The notes under the pieces are model-generated. The model was not told the DNA's origin. It searched no databases and saw only the letters and a list, made by a program, of their open reading frames with translations. 64,000 bases of DNA from the NCBI GenBank assembly GCA_964608745.1, contig CAZSPC010000001.1, positions 750 to 64,749 on the forward strand. Reading direction: 5' to 3'. A program made the translations under genes and the position numbers. This stretch comes from an uncultured Candidatus Saccharibacteria bacterium. Its GTDB lineage: Bacteria > Patescibacteriota > Minisyncoccia > Phycocordibacterales > UBA12079. Below are positions 9,360-17,801 of the stretch, one piece after another; position 1 is the stretch's first letter, and every line of letters begins with the position of its first letter.

Positions 9360-9731
9360 ATGATTCAACCACAATCAATAGTAAAAATAACAGATAACTC
9401 AGGTGGAAAAATCGGCCGTGTTTTCAAGGTTATCGGTGGTTCAAAAAAGAGATATGCTCGAATTGGGGATGTTGTTGTTTTGTCTGTGCAGTCGGCAGAA
9501 CCACGAAAACAGGTAAAGAAAAAAGATGTTCTAAGAGCGGTAGTTGTCCGACAAAAACAACCTTTGAGAAGAAAGGATGGGTCATATATTTATTTTGATG
9601 AAAATTCAGTAGTGATTATTGATAAAGAAAAGAAAGAACCAAGGGCAAATAGGGTTTTTGGACCAATTCCGAGGGAGATTTCGGAAATGGGGTATCAGAA
9701 GATTGCATCGTTGGCCCCAGAAATAGTGTAA
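9360..9731 (+). CDS. rplN: 50S ribosomal protein L14
   Basis: MIQPQS..DNSGG..FGPIPRE..SLAPEIV; start moved to ATG 9360 (upstream part is repeat). Confidence 0.97.
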   Translation: MIQPQSIVKITDNSGGKIGRVFKVIGGSKKRYARIGDVVVLSVQSAEPRKQVKKKDVLRAVVVRQKQPLRRKDGSYIYFDENSVVIIDKEKKEPRANRVFGPIPREISEMGYQKIASLAPEIV

Positions 9732-9733
9732 CA

Positions 9734-9833
9734 AGCGTTTAGCGTTATAGCATTTAGCGTTGTAGGGAAAATTTTGGCTTTAGCCAAAATTTAAAAAAAT
9801 CTATAACCCTAAACGCTAAACCCTACAACCCTA
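9734..9833 (+). repeat. heptamer inverted-repeat element before rplX
   Basis: agcgtttagcgttatag.. aaattttggctttagccaaaattt ..ctataaccctaaacgcta. Confidence 0.93.
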
Positions 9834-9840
9834 CAAAAAT

Positions 9841-10149
9841 ATGAAAATCAAAAAAGAAGACAAAGTAATAGTAATTGCCGGAAAGGATAAAGGAAAAACT
9901 GGAAAAGTTTTGAAGGCTTTTCCTGCTGAAAACAAAGTTATTGTTGAAGGTGTGAATATTAAGAAAAAACACCAAAAAGCAACTAGAAGTGGTCAGAAAG
10001 GACAAATAATCGATAAGACTTATCCAATTGATGTTTCAAATGTTATGTTAGCCGATCAAAAGAGTGGAAAACCAACGAGAATAGGAAAGAAATTGGTAGG
10101 TGATAAATTTGTTCGTGTAGCAAAGAAAAGTGGAACAGTTATTAAATAG
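9841..10149 (+). CDS. rplX: 50S ribosomal protein L24
   Basis: KOW motif VIVIAGKDKGKTGKV; PIDVSNV. Confidence 0.97.
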   Translation: MKIKKEDKVIVIAGKDKGKTGKVLKAFPAENKVIVEGVNIKKKHQKATRSGQKGQIIDKTYPIDVSNVMLADQKSGKPTRIGKKLVGDKFVRVAKKSGTVIK

Positions 10150-10254
10150 CTTATAGCTTCTAGCCGATAGCTTATAGTGAAAAATTTGCCTTTGGCAAAT
10201 TTTTCAAAAGAAAGCTATCAGCTATGGGCTATAATCTATAAGCTTAGAAACTAT
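10147..10254 (+). repeat. heptamer inverted-repeat element (TAGCTTA arms) before rplE
   Basis: tagcttatagcttctagccgatag.. aaatttgcctttggcaaattt ..gctatcagctatgggcta. Confidence 0.9.
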
Positions 10255-10280
10255 AAAATCAAAAAATAAATAAAAATACT

Positions 10281-10814
10281 ATGGAAATGTTAGTAGACAA
10301 ACAAAAACAAATCTTTGACCTTTTGAAAGGGGATTTTAACTATACCAATGTTATGCAAACCCCAAGAATGGAAAAGATTGTTGTGTCAGTTGGTACAGGC
10401 TCAACGATTGATAAAAAGAAAAAAGCTCTTATTGAAGACAGACTCACAAAAATCACTGGACAAAAACCAGCTTCTAGAAAAGCAAAACAATCAATTGCTA
10501 ATTTTAAACTTAGAGAGGGAAGTGATGTGGGGTATCAAGTAACTCTAAGAGGTAAAAGAATGGAAGATTTTTTCAACAAACTTGTAAATGTTGCTCTTCC
10601 TAGAACAAAAGACTTTCGAGGTTTGGATAAAAAAGGAGTGGATGAAATGGGAAATTATACTCTTGGAATCAAAGATCATACAATTTTTACTGAAACATCT
10701 GACGAAGAGTTGAAAAACGTATTCGGGATGTCTGTAACTATTGTTACTTCTGCAACAAGTAAAGAAGAGGCCGGTGCATATCTAGAAGGTCTCGGCTGGC
10801 CATTCAAAAAATAA
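10281..10814 (+). CDS. rplE: 50S ribosomal protein L5
   Basis: ITGQKP, FKLREG, VTLRG, LPRTKDFRG. Confidence 0.97.
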   Translation: MEMLVDKQKQIFDLLKGDFNYTNVMQTPRMEKIVVSVGTGSTIDKKKKALIEDRLTKITGQKPASRKAKQSIANFKLREGSDVGYQVTLRGKRMEDFFNKLVNVALPRTKDFRGLDKKGVDEMGNYTLGIKDHTIFTETSDEELKNVFGMSVTIVTSATSKEEAGAYLEGLGWPFKK

Positions 10815-10832
10815 TTTAAAAAATTAAAAAAT

Positions 10833-10853
10833 GGTGGGTGTCCGACACCCACC
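10833..10853. repeat. orphan REP palindrome (RAYT-2 type)
   Basis: ggtgggtgtccgacacccacc identical to 28112-28132. Confidence 0.9.
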
Positions 10854-10948
10854 ATTTTTTAATTTTTATATTGACTTATATTGTGTTTTGAGTAGTATAA
10901 GTGATGGAAGTATAGTAAATTAAAATAAAAATAAAAAAGAGGGAGATT

Positions 10949-11482
10949 ATGCACGATTACTGGACATTGTTACTAACAGGCGGAACTGTTGCTATTGCAA
11001 TTCACATTATTCTAACCTTTTTCTTTATGGAACTCGCGTTAGATAAAAGAAAGAGAGAATACGATGGCACCCTAAGGGTTAAAAAAGGGAAGATATTAAG
11101 ATTTTTTTATAGTTTACCGTGTGTTATGTTGGATAAAAATCCAAAGAACATATGTCAATTATTTTGGGGGATTTTCTTTGGTTTGATTGCAGACTATATT
11201 CTGATCGTAACTATTTTTGTATTTACGATTTATGTTATTTTTCCTTTTGGACAACATTTATCTGAAAAGGCCACAATCGAGGGTAGTTATTGGCCAGTTT
11301 TGAAGCCTTTTGTGGGATTTGTTGGTTTTATCGGTGCCATTTTATTTTTTCTTGGTATTTTCTTTTTTTCCGTATATCTTCTTACTGATGTTATATCAAG
11401 TGATAAATTTATGCCCGGGACAAAAGAGTGGTTTAAAAACAAGAAGGAAGAACACTGTTCACTCATTAAATTAGTTGATTAA
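10949..11482 (+). CDS. hypothetical membrane protein
   Basis: 3 TM segments; GGGAG RBS; TTGACT promoter upstream. Confidence 0.7.
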   Translation: MHDYWTLLLTGGTVAIAIHIILTFFFMELALDKRKREYDGTLRVKKGKILRFFYSLPCVMLDKNPKNICQLFWGIFFGLIADYILIVTIFVFTIYVIFPFGQHLSEKATIEGSYWPVLKPFVGFVGFIGAILFFLGIFFFSVYLLTDVISSDKFMPGTKEWFKNKKEEHCSLIKLVD

Positions 11483-11621
11483 TTTATTATACAAGGTTGT
11501 ATCGAATACAACCTTGTTTTTTGTTGGTATCGGTAGGGTATTGATACCCTATCGATACCTAACGTTAGGGTAACGTTGCCTAAAAATATAAAAGGGCAGG
11601 AATCTGATTCCTGCCCTCTGG

Positions 11622-12134
11622 TTATATATTTTCGATAGGGAGTTTAATAAAACCCTCCGTATTTTCAAATACCGAAACAGCACCTGCTACTGGTTTCTTA
11701 ACCAGTAAACCGTTGATTAAAATAGGAAAATCTACCGGTGTTGAGAGTATTTTTAGAACAGCAATGAAGTCTCTTCTCATCTGGGTGTTGTCTTCTTTTA
11801 AGATACTCTCCGTTATGTTGGGATGATCTATTAAGGCCATTCCTAATGTACCTTGATCGATTTCTAGTTTTTTCACATTAAACTTTACCGATTTAGCCGT
11901 TTTCCAAAAATATCTAATAAGTACATTTGGTATTCTTGTTAAGACAACAACTTTTTGGTTTGCAACATAATTTATTTGACCTGTATGAGTTTTAGTTGCA
12001 GTAAATCCATTATAAGGACTTATGCTAACATGTATTTTCTGGCAAAAGCTATAAAAATCTAACATGTCGGGATGGGCAAAAAAATTAAACATATAATCTG
12101 TGAATCCTTTGTTCCCATGAAGAATTAGTTCCAT
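11622..12134 (-). CDS. hypothetical protein
   Basis: 170 aa ORF with AAGGAG RBS. Confidence 0.65.
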   Translation of the reverse strand: MELILHGNKGFTDYMFNFFAHPDMLDFYSFCQKIHVSISPYNGFTATKTHTGQINYVANQKVVVLTRIPNVLIRYFWKTAKSVKFNVKKLEIDQGTLGMALIDHPNITESILKEDNTQMRRDFIAVLKILSTPVDFPILINGLLVKKPVAGAVSVFENTEGFIKLPIENI

Positions 12135-12277
12135 TTTTTCTCCTTTGATAATTTTATTGTTTATGAAAACTCTTTTTCTGGCTTGGATACTATCAAAACC
12201 CTATATATTTTGCAAGGCATTTCAGAATTTTGTTTGACTTTTAAAACCGTCTTTGCTAAGATACTGCAAGTTATATT

Positions 12278-12387
12278 GAGTGTGTGGGTTGGGGATATTG
12301 CCCAGCCGTACTTTTATAAAATAAATTTTATAAAAGATACAGCTGGACTATATTTTTCTAATTCGCTTCGCTCAAAAGAAAAATATG
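12278..12387 (+). promoter_or_regulatory. structured 5'-UTR motif (family E) before rpsN
   Basis: homologous to reverse complement of 59570-59681; follows TTGACT-17-TAAGAT promoter. Confidence 0.7.
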
Positions 12388-12570
12388 GCAAAAAAATCTG
12401 TAATAGCAAGAGCAAATAAAAAACCAAAATTCTCTACAAGAATCGTGAGAAGGTGCTTTAAATGTGGAAGAAAGCGCGGATATATGAGAGATTTTGATTT
12501 GTGTAGAATTTGTTTTAGAGAATATGCGAACGAGGGAAAGATTCCTGGAGTGACAAAAAGCTCTTGGTAA
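12385..12570 (+). CDS. rpsN: 30S ribosomal protein S14 type Z (Zn-binding)
   Basis: 61 aa, [24 protein letters not shown]. Confidence 0.97.
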   Translation: MAKKSVIARANKKPKFSTRIVRRCFKCGRKRGYMRDFDLCRICFREYANEGKIPGVTKSSW

Positions 12571-12583
12571 ACTATGAACACGA

Positions 12584-12692
12584 AGCTAATAGCTTATAGC
12601 CGATAGCTTATAGCCGATAGCTTATAGTGAATTTGCCAAAGGCAAATTTTTCAAAAGAAAGCTATCAGCTATGGGCTATAAGCTACAAGCTT
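12584..12692 (+). repeat. heptamer inverted-repeat element (TAGCTTA arms) before rpsH
   Basis: close paralogue of 10147-10254 with central loop inverted (gccaaaggc). Confidence 0.9.
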
Positions 12693-12766
12693 GGTTGTGT
12701 TTGTAACAATCTGTGATAATTAACGAATATTTGGGCTGTAGCACAAGCTAGACGCCAAATAATAAT

Positions 12767-13156
12767 ATGGATAAAATTTCAAATTTAATAATAAGCATAA
12801 AGAACGCAGGTAATGTCAGAAAAGAGACAGCTTCTGTTCCTTATTCTCAATACAAAATGGAGATTACAAAACTCTTGAAAAAAGAGGGCTTTCTTGTGTC
12901 CGCTGAATCAAAAGGTAAAAAAGTAAAGAAAACTATTCAAATGGGAATTGCTTATAATGAAAACGGAAAGCCAAAAATTAATGATGTTAAAAGAATTTCC
13001 AAACCTTCAAAAAGGATTTATTATGGGGCAAAAGATATTCGACCAGTGAAAGGAGGATTTGGAACATTAATACTCTCAACCCCAAAAGGAATTATGACTG
13101 ATAAGATGGCTCGTAAAGAAAAGGTTGGAGGAGAAGCATTATTCAAAATCTGGTAG
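12767..13156 (+). CDS. rpsH: 30S ribosomal protein S8
   Basis: RISKPSKRIY, LSTPKGIMT, VGGE. Confidence 0.97.
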   Translation: MDKISNLIISIKNAGNVRKETASVPYSQYKMEITKLLKKEGFLVSAESKGKKVKKTIQMGIAYNENGKPKINDVKRISKPSKRIYYGAKDIRPVKGGFGTLILSTPKGIMTDKMARKEKVGGEALFKIW

Positions 13157-13165
13157 ATTTTGAAA

Positions 13166-13260
13166 AGCGTTTAGCGTTTAGCGTTGTAGGGAATAAATTT
13201 TAACTTTAGCCAAAATTTAAAAAAATCTATAACCCTAAGCGCTACAACCCTATAATCCTA
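13166..13260 (+). repeat. heptamer inverted-repeat element before rplF
   Basis: agcgtttagcgtttagcgttgtag..ctataaccctaagcgctacaacccta. Confidence 0.92.
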
Positions 13261-13267
13261 ATAAAAT

Positions 13268-13801
13268 ATGAGTAGAATAGCAAAACAACCAATAGAAATA
13301 CCCGAAAAGACAGAAGTTAATATTACTGATGGTGTTTTGATCGTGAAAGGACCCTTGGGAGAATTAAAAAGAGATTTGAGGTCTGAAATTGAAGTAAAAA
13401 TCGAGGATAATAAAGTGGTGGTAAGTGCAAAAGAAAAAACCAACTTTACTAAAGCAATGCTTGGAACAACAGCATCACACATCAGGAATATGATTGGGGG
13501 GGTAAATAAACCATATGAGAAAAAGTTGGTTGTGGAGGGGGTTGGTTTTAAGTCAGCTGTGCAAGGAAAGGATTTGAATATGAGTCTTGGATTTTCTCAC
13601 GATGTTATTATGTCAATTCCGGAAGATTTAACAGTGACAGCAGAAAAAAATGTTATAACAGTATCAGGGATTGATAAAGAGCAAGTAGGAAGATTTACGG
13701 CAGATATTAGAGCAAAGAAAAAACCAGAACCATATAAGGGCAAGGGCATTAGATATGAAGATGAAGTGATTCGTCGAAAACAAGGCAAAAAAACCGTTTA
13801 A
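13268..13801 (+). CDS. rplF: 50S ribosomal protein L6
   Basis: MSRIAKQPI, PEPYKGKGIRY. Confidence 0.97.
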   Translation: MSRIAKQPIEIPEKTEVNITDGVLIVKGPLGELKRDLRSEIEVKIEDNKVVVSAKEKTNFTKAMLGTTASHIRNMIGGVNKPYEKKLVVEGVGFKSAVQGKDLNMSLGFSHDVIMSIPEDLTVTAEKNVITVSGIDKEQVGRFTADIRAKKKPEPYKGKGIRYEDEVIRRKQGKKTV

Positions 13802-13924
13802 ATTCCCAAAATTGGCACATTTCGCTTTTGTTTTGGCAAGAATTTCAGTCTCGCAGTATTAGTTTATACAGCTTCTTCAATTCTTGCCAAAACAAAAGCG
13901 AACTGCACTCAATTTTGAAAATTT
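13800..13924 (+). repeat. long-hairpin element (family B) after rplF
   Basis: ttcgcttttgttttggcaagaat...attcttgccaaaacaaaagcgaa. Confidence 0.85.
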
Positions 13925-13954
13925 AAATAATCTAAGAAATATTTATTGAGTAAA

Positions 13955-14305
13955 ATGAGCAAAAAAAATTCAAAAACAGAAAAAAGGACTCGAAGACATA
14001 ATAGAATTCGAGCCAAGGTAAAAGGAACAGCATCTGTGCCTAGGTTGAATGTGTTTAAGTCAAACACAGGTGTTTACGCACAGATTATTGATGATGAAAA
14101 GGGTGTGACCTTGGTTTCAAGTTCAACTAAAACAATGAAAGGAAAAACAACGACTGAAAAAGCACAACAGGTAGGTAGTGATTTAGCCAAAAAAGCAACT
14201 GCAAAGAAAGTAAAAAAAGTTGTTTTTGACCGAGGGGGGTATATTTTCACAGGAAAAATAAAAGCTTTGGCTGATTCAGCTCGAGAAGGTGGTTTGCAGT
14301 TTTAA
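13955..14305 (+). CDS. rplR: 50S ribosomal protein L18
   Basis: [25 protein letters not shown]. Confidence 0.96.
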   Translation: MSKKNSKTEKRTRRHNRIRAKVKGTASVPRLNVFKSNTGVYAQIIDDEKGVTLVSSSTKTMKGKTTTEKAQQVGSDLAKKATAKKVKKVVFDRGGYIFTGKIKALADSAREGGLQF

Positions 14306-14335
14306 ATATTCAAATCTTTAAATTTTTAAATAAAA

Positions 14336-14983
14336 ATGACAGAAGAAAAAAAGGAAAAAAATAATATTGAAAAAACAGATTCTAATCCTGCAACCCAGGA
14401 TGGACAAAAAAAGAAAGTAGAAAAAACTCCTACGGATGTTAAGACTGTCTCAAAAGCAATAGCAGACAAAAAACCAGTCAGCAAAGAACGGCCAAAAAGA
14501 ACTTTTAAGAAAAATGTCCGACCAAGAAGAAGGGCTGGTTTCAAAAGACCAAAGCCAGAATTTGATCAAAAAATTATCGATATTCGAAGGGTTACTCGTG
14601 TTGTAAAAGGAGGGCGCAGATTTAGTTTTTCTGTTGTTATGATTCTTGGAAATAAAAAGGGAAAAGTAGGTGTTGGTGTTGGAAAAGCATCAGATACAGC
14701 ATTGGCAATCGAAAAAGCAATCAGAAATGCCAAGAAGAACATGATTCAATTGAAACTTACCGAGAACAACTCAATCCCTTACGAAGTCGATGCAAAATAT
14801 TGTGCTTCTAGGGTGGCAATTCGACCGGCCAAAGGACGGGGTGTTGTTGCGGGAAGTTCGCTCAGAACAGTTTTAGAATTAGCAGGGGTAACGGAAGTTG
14901 GTGGAAAAGTAATTTCACGAAGTAAAAACAAATTAAATAATGCAAGGGCAACTATCAAAGCCTTGCAGGCTTTTAAGGGGTAA
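14336..14983 (+). CDS. rpsE: 30S ribosomal protein S5 (N-terminal extension)
   Basis: RVTRVVKGGRRFSF. Confidence 0.97.
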   Translation: MTEEKKEKNNIEKTDSNPATQDGQKKKVEKTPTDVKTVSKAIADKKPVSKERPKRTFKKNVRPRRRAGFKRPKPEFDQKIIDIRRVTRVVKGGRRFSFSVVMILGNKKGKVGVGVGKASDTALAIEKAIRNAKKNMIQLKLTENNSIPYEVDAKYCASRVAIRPAKGRGVVAGSSLRTVLELAGVTEVGGKVISRSKNKLNNARATIKALQAFKG

Positions 14984-15070
14984 GGTTTAAGTAGTAAGTA
15001 ATAAGAAATGAATTTTTGCCTTTGGCAAAAATTCATTCAAAATTTACTAAAAACTATAAACTAAAAACTG
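14981..15070 (+). repeat. heptamer element (TAAGTAG left arm) before rplO
   Basis: taaggtttaagtagtaagtaataag-aatgaatttttgcctttggcaaaaattcatt-actaaaaactataaactaaaaact. Confidence 0.8.
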
Positions 15071-15075
15071 ACGAT

Positions 15076-15495
15076 ATGCAATTACATAACCTAAAAAAGA
15101 ATAAAACTAACAAAACCAGTATTAAGGTTGGACGAGGAGGAAAGAGGGGAAAAACTTCTGGAAAAGGACACAAGGGGCAAAAAGCTCGGGCTGGTAACAG
15201 CGGAAGACCTGAAATCAGGGATATTATTAAAAAGTTACCTAAACTTAGAGGTTATAAGTTTAATTCAATTAAAGCGTCAGCTGTTCCTGTGAATCTGTCT
15301 GAAATCGATAAAGCTTTTAAAGACGGAGAAAAAGTAAATCCTCGAACCTTGATTGCCAAAGGTGTGGTTAACCGACAAAGTGGAAAAATTCCAACTATTA
15401 AAATTTTAGGAACAGGAGAAATTACAAAAAAAGTTACTGTATCAGGATGTAAAATTTCAAAGAGCGCAGTAGAAAAAATAAGTAAAATCAAATAA
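15076..15495 (+). CDS. rplO: 50S ribosomal protein L15
   Basis: MQLHNLK, VGRGGKRGKTSGKGHKGQKAR; start moved to ATG 15076. Confidence 0.96.
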   Translation: MQLHNLKKNKTNKTSIKVGRGGKRGKTSGKGHKGQKARAGNSGRPEIRDIIKKLPKLRGYKFNSIKASAVPVNLSEIDKAFKDGEKVNPRTLIAKGVVNRQSGKIPTIKILGTGEITKKVTVSGCKISKSAVEKISKIK

Positions 15496-15510
15496 GATAT
15501 AATCTATTTG

Positions 15511-15633
15511 ATTTTAAATTTTAAGTTATAAATTTTAAATTTTAATTCAATTTTTAATGATTAAATTTTTTAAACATTTTAAATTTATAAATTGTATTAT
15601 TGAATTATAATTTTAAATTTATAATTTAAAATT
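15511..15633 (+). repeat. AT-rich short-unit inverted-repeat element before secY
   Basis: aattttaa repeats..ttcaatttttaatg / attgaattataattttaaatttataatttaaaatt. Confidence 0.6.
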
Positions 15634-15642
15634 GTTATAAAT

Positions 15643-16911
15643 ATGAACTTCACAAACAAACTAAAACTAATAGCTAAAGATAAAAATCTAAGAACCAAAA
15701 TTGCTTTTCTGCTTGGTTTTTTGGTTTTGTTTAGAGTTTTGGCTTCGATTCCAATTCCGGGTGTTGATGTTGCTAAACTTCAAGAATTTTTCGCAAACAA
15801 CCAATTTTTCGGCCTTCTAAACATCTTTTCGGGGGGTGGCTTATCATCGCTTTCTATCATTATGCTTGGTGTTGGACCATATATTACCGCCTCAATTATA
15901 ATGCAGTTGATGACTATGATGTCTGAAAAGTTAAAGCAAATGTATCACGAAGAAGGAGAGGCTGGAAAGAAAAAATTTAGTCAGTATTCGAGACTATTAA
16001 CTGTTCCGCTTGGTGCCATTCAGGGTTATGCTTTTCTTAATTTACTTCAAAGCCAAAATGTAATCGGTGCATTACCGATGTTTGAAATGATTACTAATGT
16101 TGTGGTAATTGTTGCTGGTTCGATGCTCCTTGTTTGGATTGGAGAATTAATGACAGAGTTTGCAATTGGAAATGGTGTTTCGATTATTATTTTTGCTGGT
16201 ATCGTAGCCAGTCTTCCAACCACAATTAGCCAATTAATTTTTGCGTTTGATATCTCACAACTACCAGTTTATATCGGATTTATTGCTATTGCTATTGTGA
16301 TTATTGCCGGAGTTGTTGTTATTACAGAAGCAGAGAGACCTATTCCAATAAATTATTCAAAAAGAGTCAGGGGAAACAAAGTTTATGGTGGAGTTTCAAC
16401 ATATTTACCATTAAGAGTAAATCAGGCTGGGGTTATTCCAATTATCTTTGCGTTGTCTATTCTATTATTTCCCCAAATGATATTTACATTTTTAGTCAAT
16501 TTTGATAGTGCAGTGATCAGTTCTGTTTCAGATGTTGTGTTGGGTATTTTGGCCAATTCTTGGGTTTATGCGGTTATGTACTTTGTACTTGTATTCTTGT
16601 TTACTTATTTCTATACCGCAGTTACATTCGATCCAGAAGCTATTTCAACAAATCTCCAAAGAGGCGGAGCTTTCATTCCAGGGATTCGACCAGGAAGTCA
16701 CACATCAGAATATATCGCTAAGGTTTTGACTAGAATTACTTTGGTCGGAGCGCTTTTCCTCGGGTTTATTGCGGTACTTCCGCTTATTATGCAAGCTCTT
16801 ACAGGAATTACTTCGTTAGCAATCGGAGGTACCGCTTTGCTTATTGTGGTATCAGTAGTTATTGATCTCATCAAAAAAATCGATGCCCAAGTATCAATCA
16901 GGGAATACTAA
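15643..16911 (+). CDS. secY: preprotein translocase subunit SecY
   Basis: LGVGPYITASII, IGNGVSIIIFAGI, AGVIPIIFA, FIPGIRPG, GGTALLIVVSV. Confidence 0.98.
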   Translation: MNFTNKLKLIAKDKNLRTKIAFLLGFLVLFRVLASIPIPGVDVAKLQEFFANNQFFGLLNIFSGGGLSSLSIIMLGVGPYITASIIMQLMTMMSEKLKQMYHEEGEAGKKKFSQYSRLLTVPLGAIQGYAFLNLLQSQNVIGALPMFEMITNVVVIVAGSMLLVWIGELMTEFAIGNGVSIIIFAGIVASLPTTISQLIFAFDISQLPVYIGFIAIAIVIIAGVVVITEAERPIPINYSKRVRGNKVYGGVSTYLPLRVNQAGVIPIIFALSILLFPQMIFTFLVNFDSAVISSVSDVVLGILANSWVYAVMYFVLVFLFTYFYTAVTFDPEAISTNLQRGGAFIPGIRPGSHTSEYIAKVLTRITLVGALFLGFIAVLPLIMQALTGITSLAIGGTALLIVVSVVIDLIKKIDAQVSIREY

Positions 16912-16933
16912 AATATAAACAAAATATATTTTT

Positions 16934-16968
16934 CCAAAAAGGTGGGGGTCGGACCCCCACCTTTTTGG
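16934..16968. repeat. REP palindrome upstream of RAYT-1
   Basis: ccaaaaaggtgggggtcggacccccacctttttgg. Confidence 0.85.
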
Positions 16969-16980
16969 TATAATGAAACT

Positions 16981-17664
16981 ATGTCAAGAAAAAAAGTAAA
17001 ATTTAGTGTCGGATGTTTCTACCATGTTTATAACAGAGGTGTTGATAAAAGAGAGATTTTTTCTGATAAACAAGACACACTTAGGTTTATAGAGAGCCTA
17101 GATGTGTTTAATACAATAGAGCCCATTGGTAGTATTTTTGCAGAAAAGAAAAGGGGTAGGGGTCGGACCCCTACCCCACCTACCCCAAAAAAACAAAAAG
17201 GAAAGCTAGTTAATATTATCGCTTATTGTCTCAACCTAAATCACTACCATTTTGTTTTAGAAGAAATTGTTGAGGGTGGTATAAGCGAGTTTATGAAAAG
17301 GTTAGGGGGTGGTTATACGGGATATTACAACATTAAATATAAGAGAAATGGAGTTTTATTTCAGGGAAAATTTAAGACGGTGCATATAAAAAAAGACGGT
17401 CAGTTGGAATATACGGTTGACTATGTCAATTTAAACAATTTGGTTCATAAAAAATTTGACGGTACCAAAAAACATTTTTTAGACGACATTCCAGCTAGAT
17501 CTAGTTGGAATGAATATATCAATGAAAATATAAAGGGTATTTGTGGCAAAGACATTATTCTTGATGTTTACAAAAAAGCGTATAGAAGTAGAAATACATA
17601 TGAATCTAGTGCCAAAGAAACATTAAAAATGGTAAGAGAGATGAGATACGGGGATGAAAAATAA
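16981..17664 (+). CDS. Y1 HUH transposase, REP-associated (RAYT-like)
   Basis: YHVYNRGVDKREIF, AYCLNLNHYHF (HUH), FQGKFK, YVNLN; flanked by palindromes; start ATG 16981 after TATAAT. Confidence 0.88.
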   Translation: MSRKKVKFSVGCFYHVYNRGVDKREIFSDKQDTLRFIESLDVFNTIEPIGSIFAEKKRGRGRTPTPPTPKKQKGKLVNIIAYCLNLNHYHFVLEEIVEGGISEFMKRLGGGYTGYYNIKYKRNGVLFQGKFKTVHIKKDGQLEYTVDYVNLNNLVHKKFDGTKKHFLDDIPARSSWNEYINENIKGICGKDIILDVYKKAYRSRNTYESSAKETLKMVREMRYGDEK

Positions 17665-17666
17665 GT

Positions 17667-17691
17667 AGGGTAGGGGTCGGACCCCTACCCT
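17667..17691. repeat. REP palindrome downstream of RAYT-1
   Basis: agggtaggggtcggacccctaccct; same as intragenic copy 17153-17177. Confidence 0.88.
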
Positions 17692-17801
17692 TGTTTTATC
17701 CCCATTTTTATTATATATAAAATCAAAAATACTGTGTTAAAATATAAGTAATATCGGATTTTTCTATTTGAGTAAGTAGATGGTGAGTAATTAAAAAATA
17801 A

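Noticed and set aside
7005-13260. CRISPR array interpretation of the recurring repeats
   Set aside because: Copies are separated by whole ribosomal genes, not 30-40 bp spacers, and no cas genes are present.
16942-16980. Extended starts given by the ORF track (16942, 15016, 33664, 43971, 51239, 53206, 58665)
   Set aside because: Extensions run through palindromes or repeats; downstream ATGs match family N-termini.
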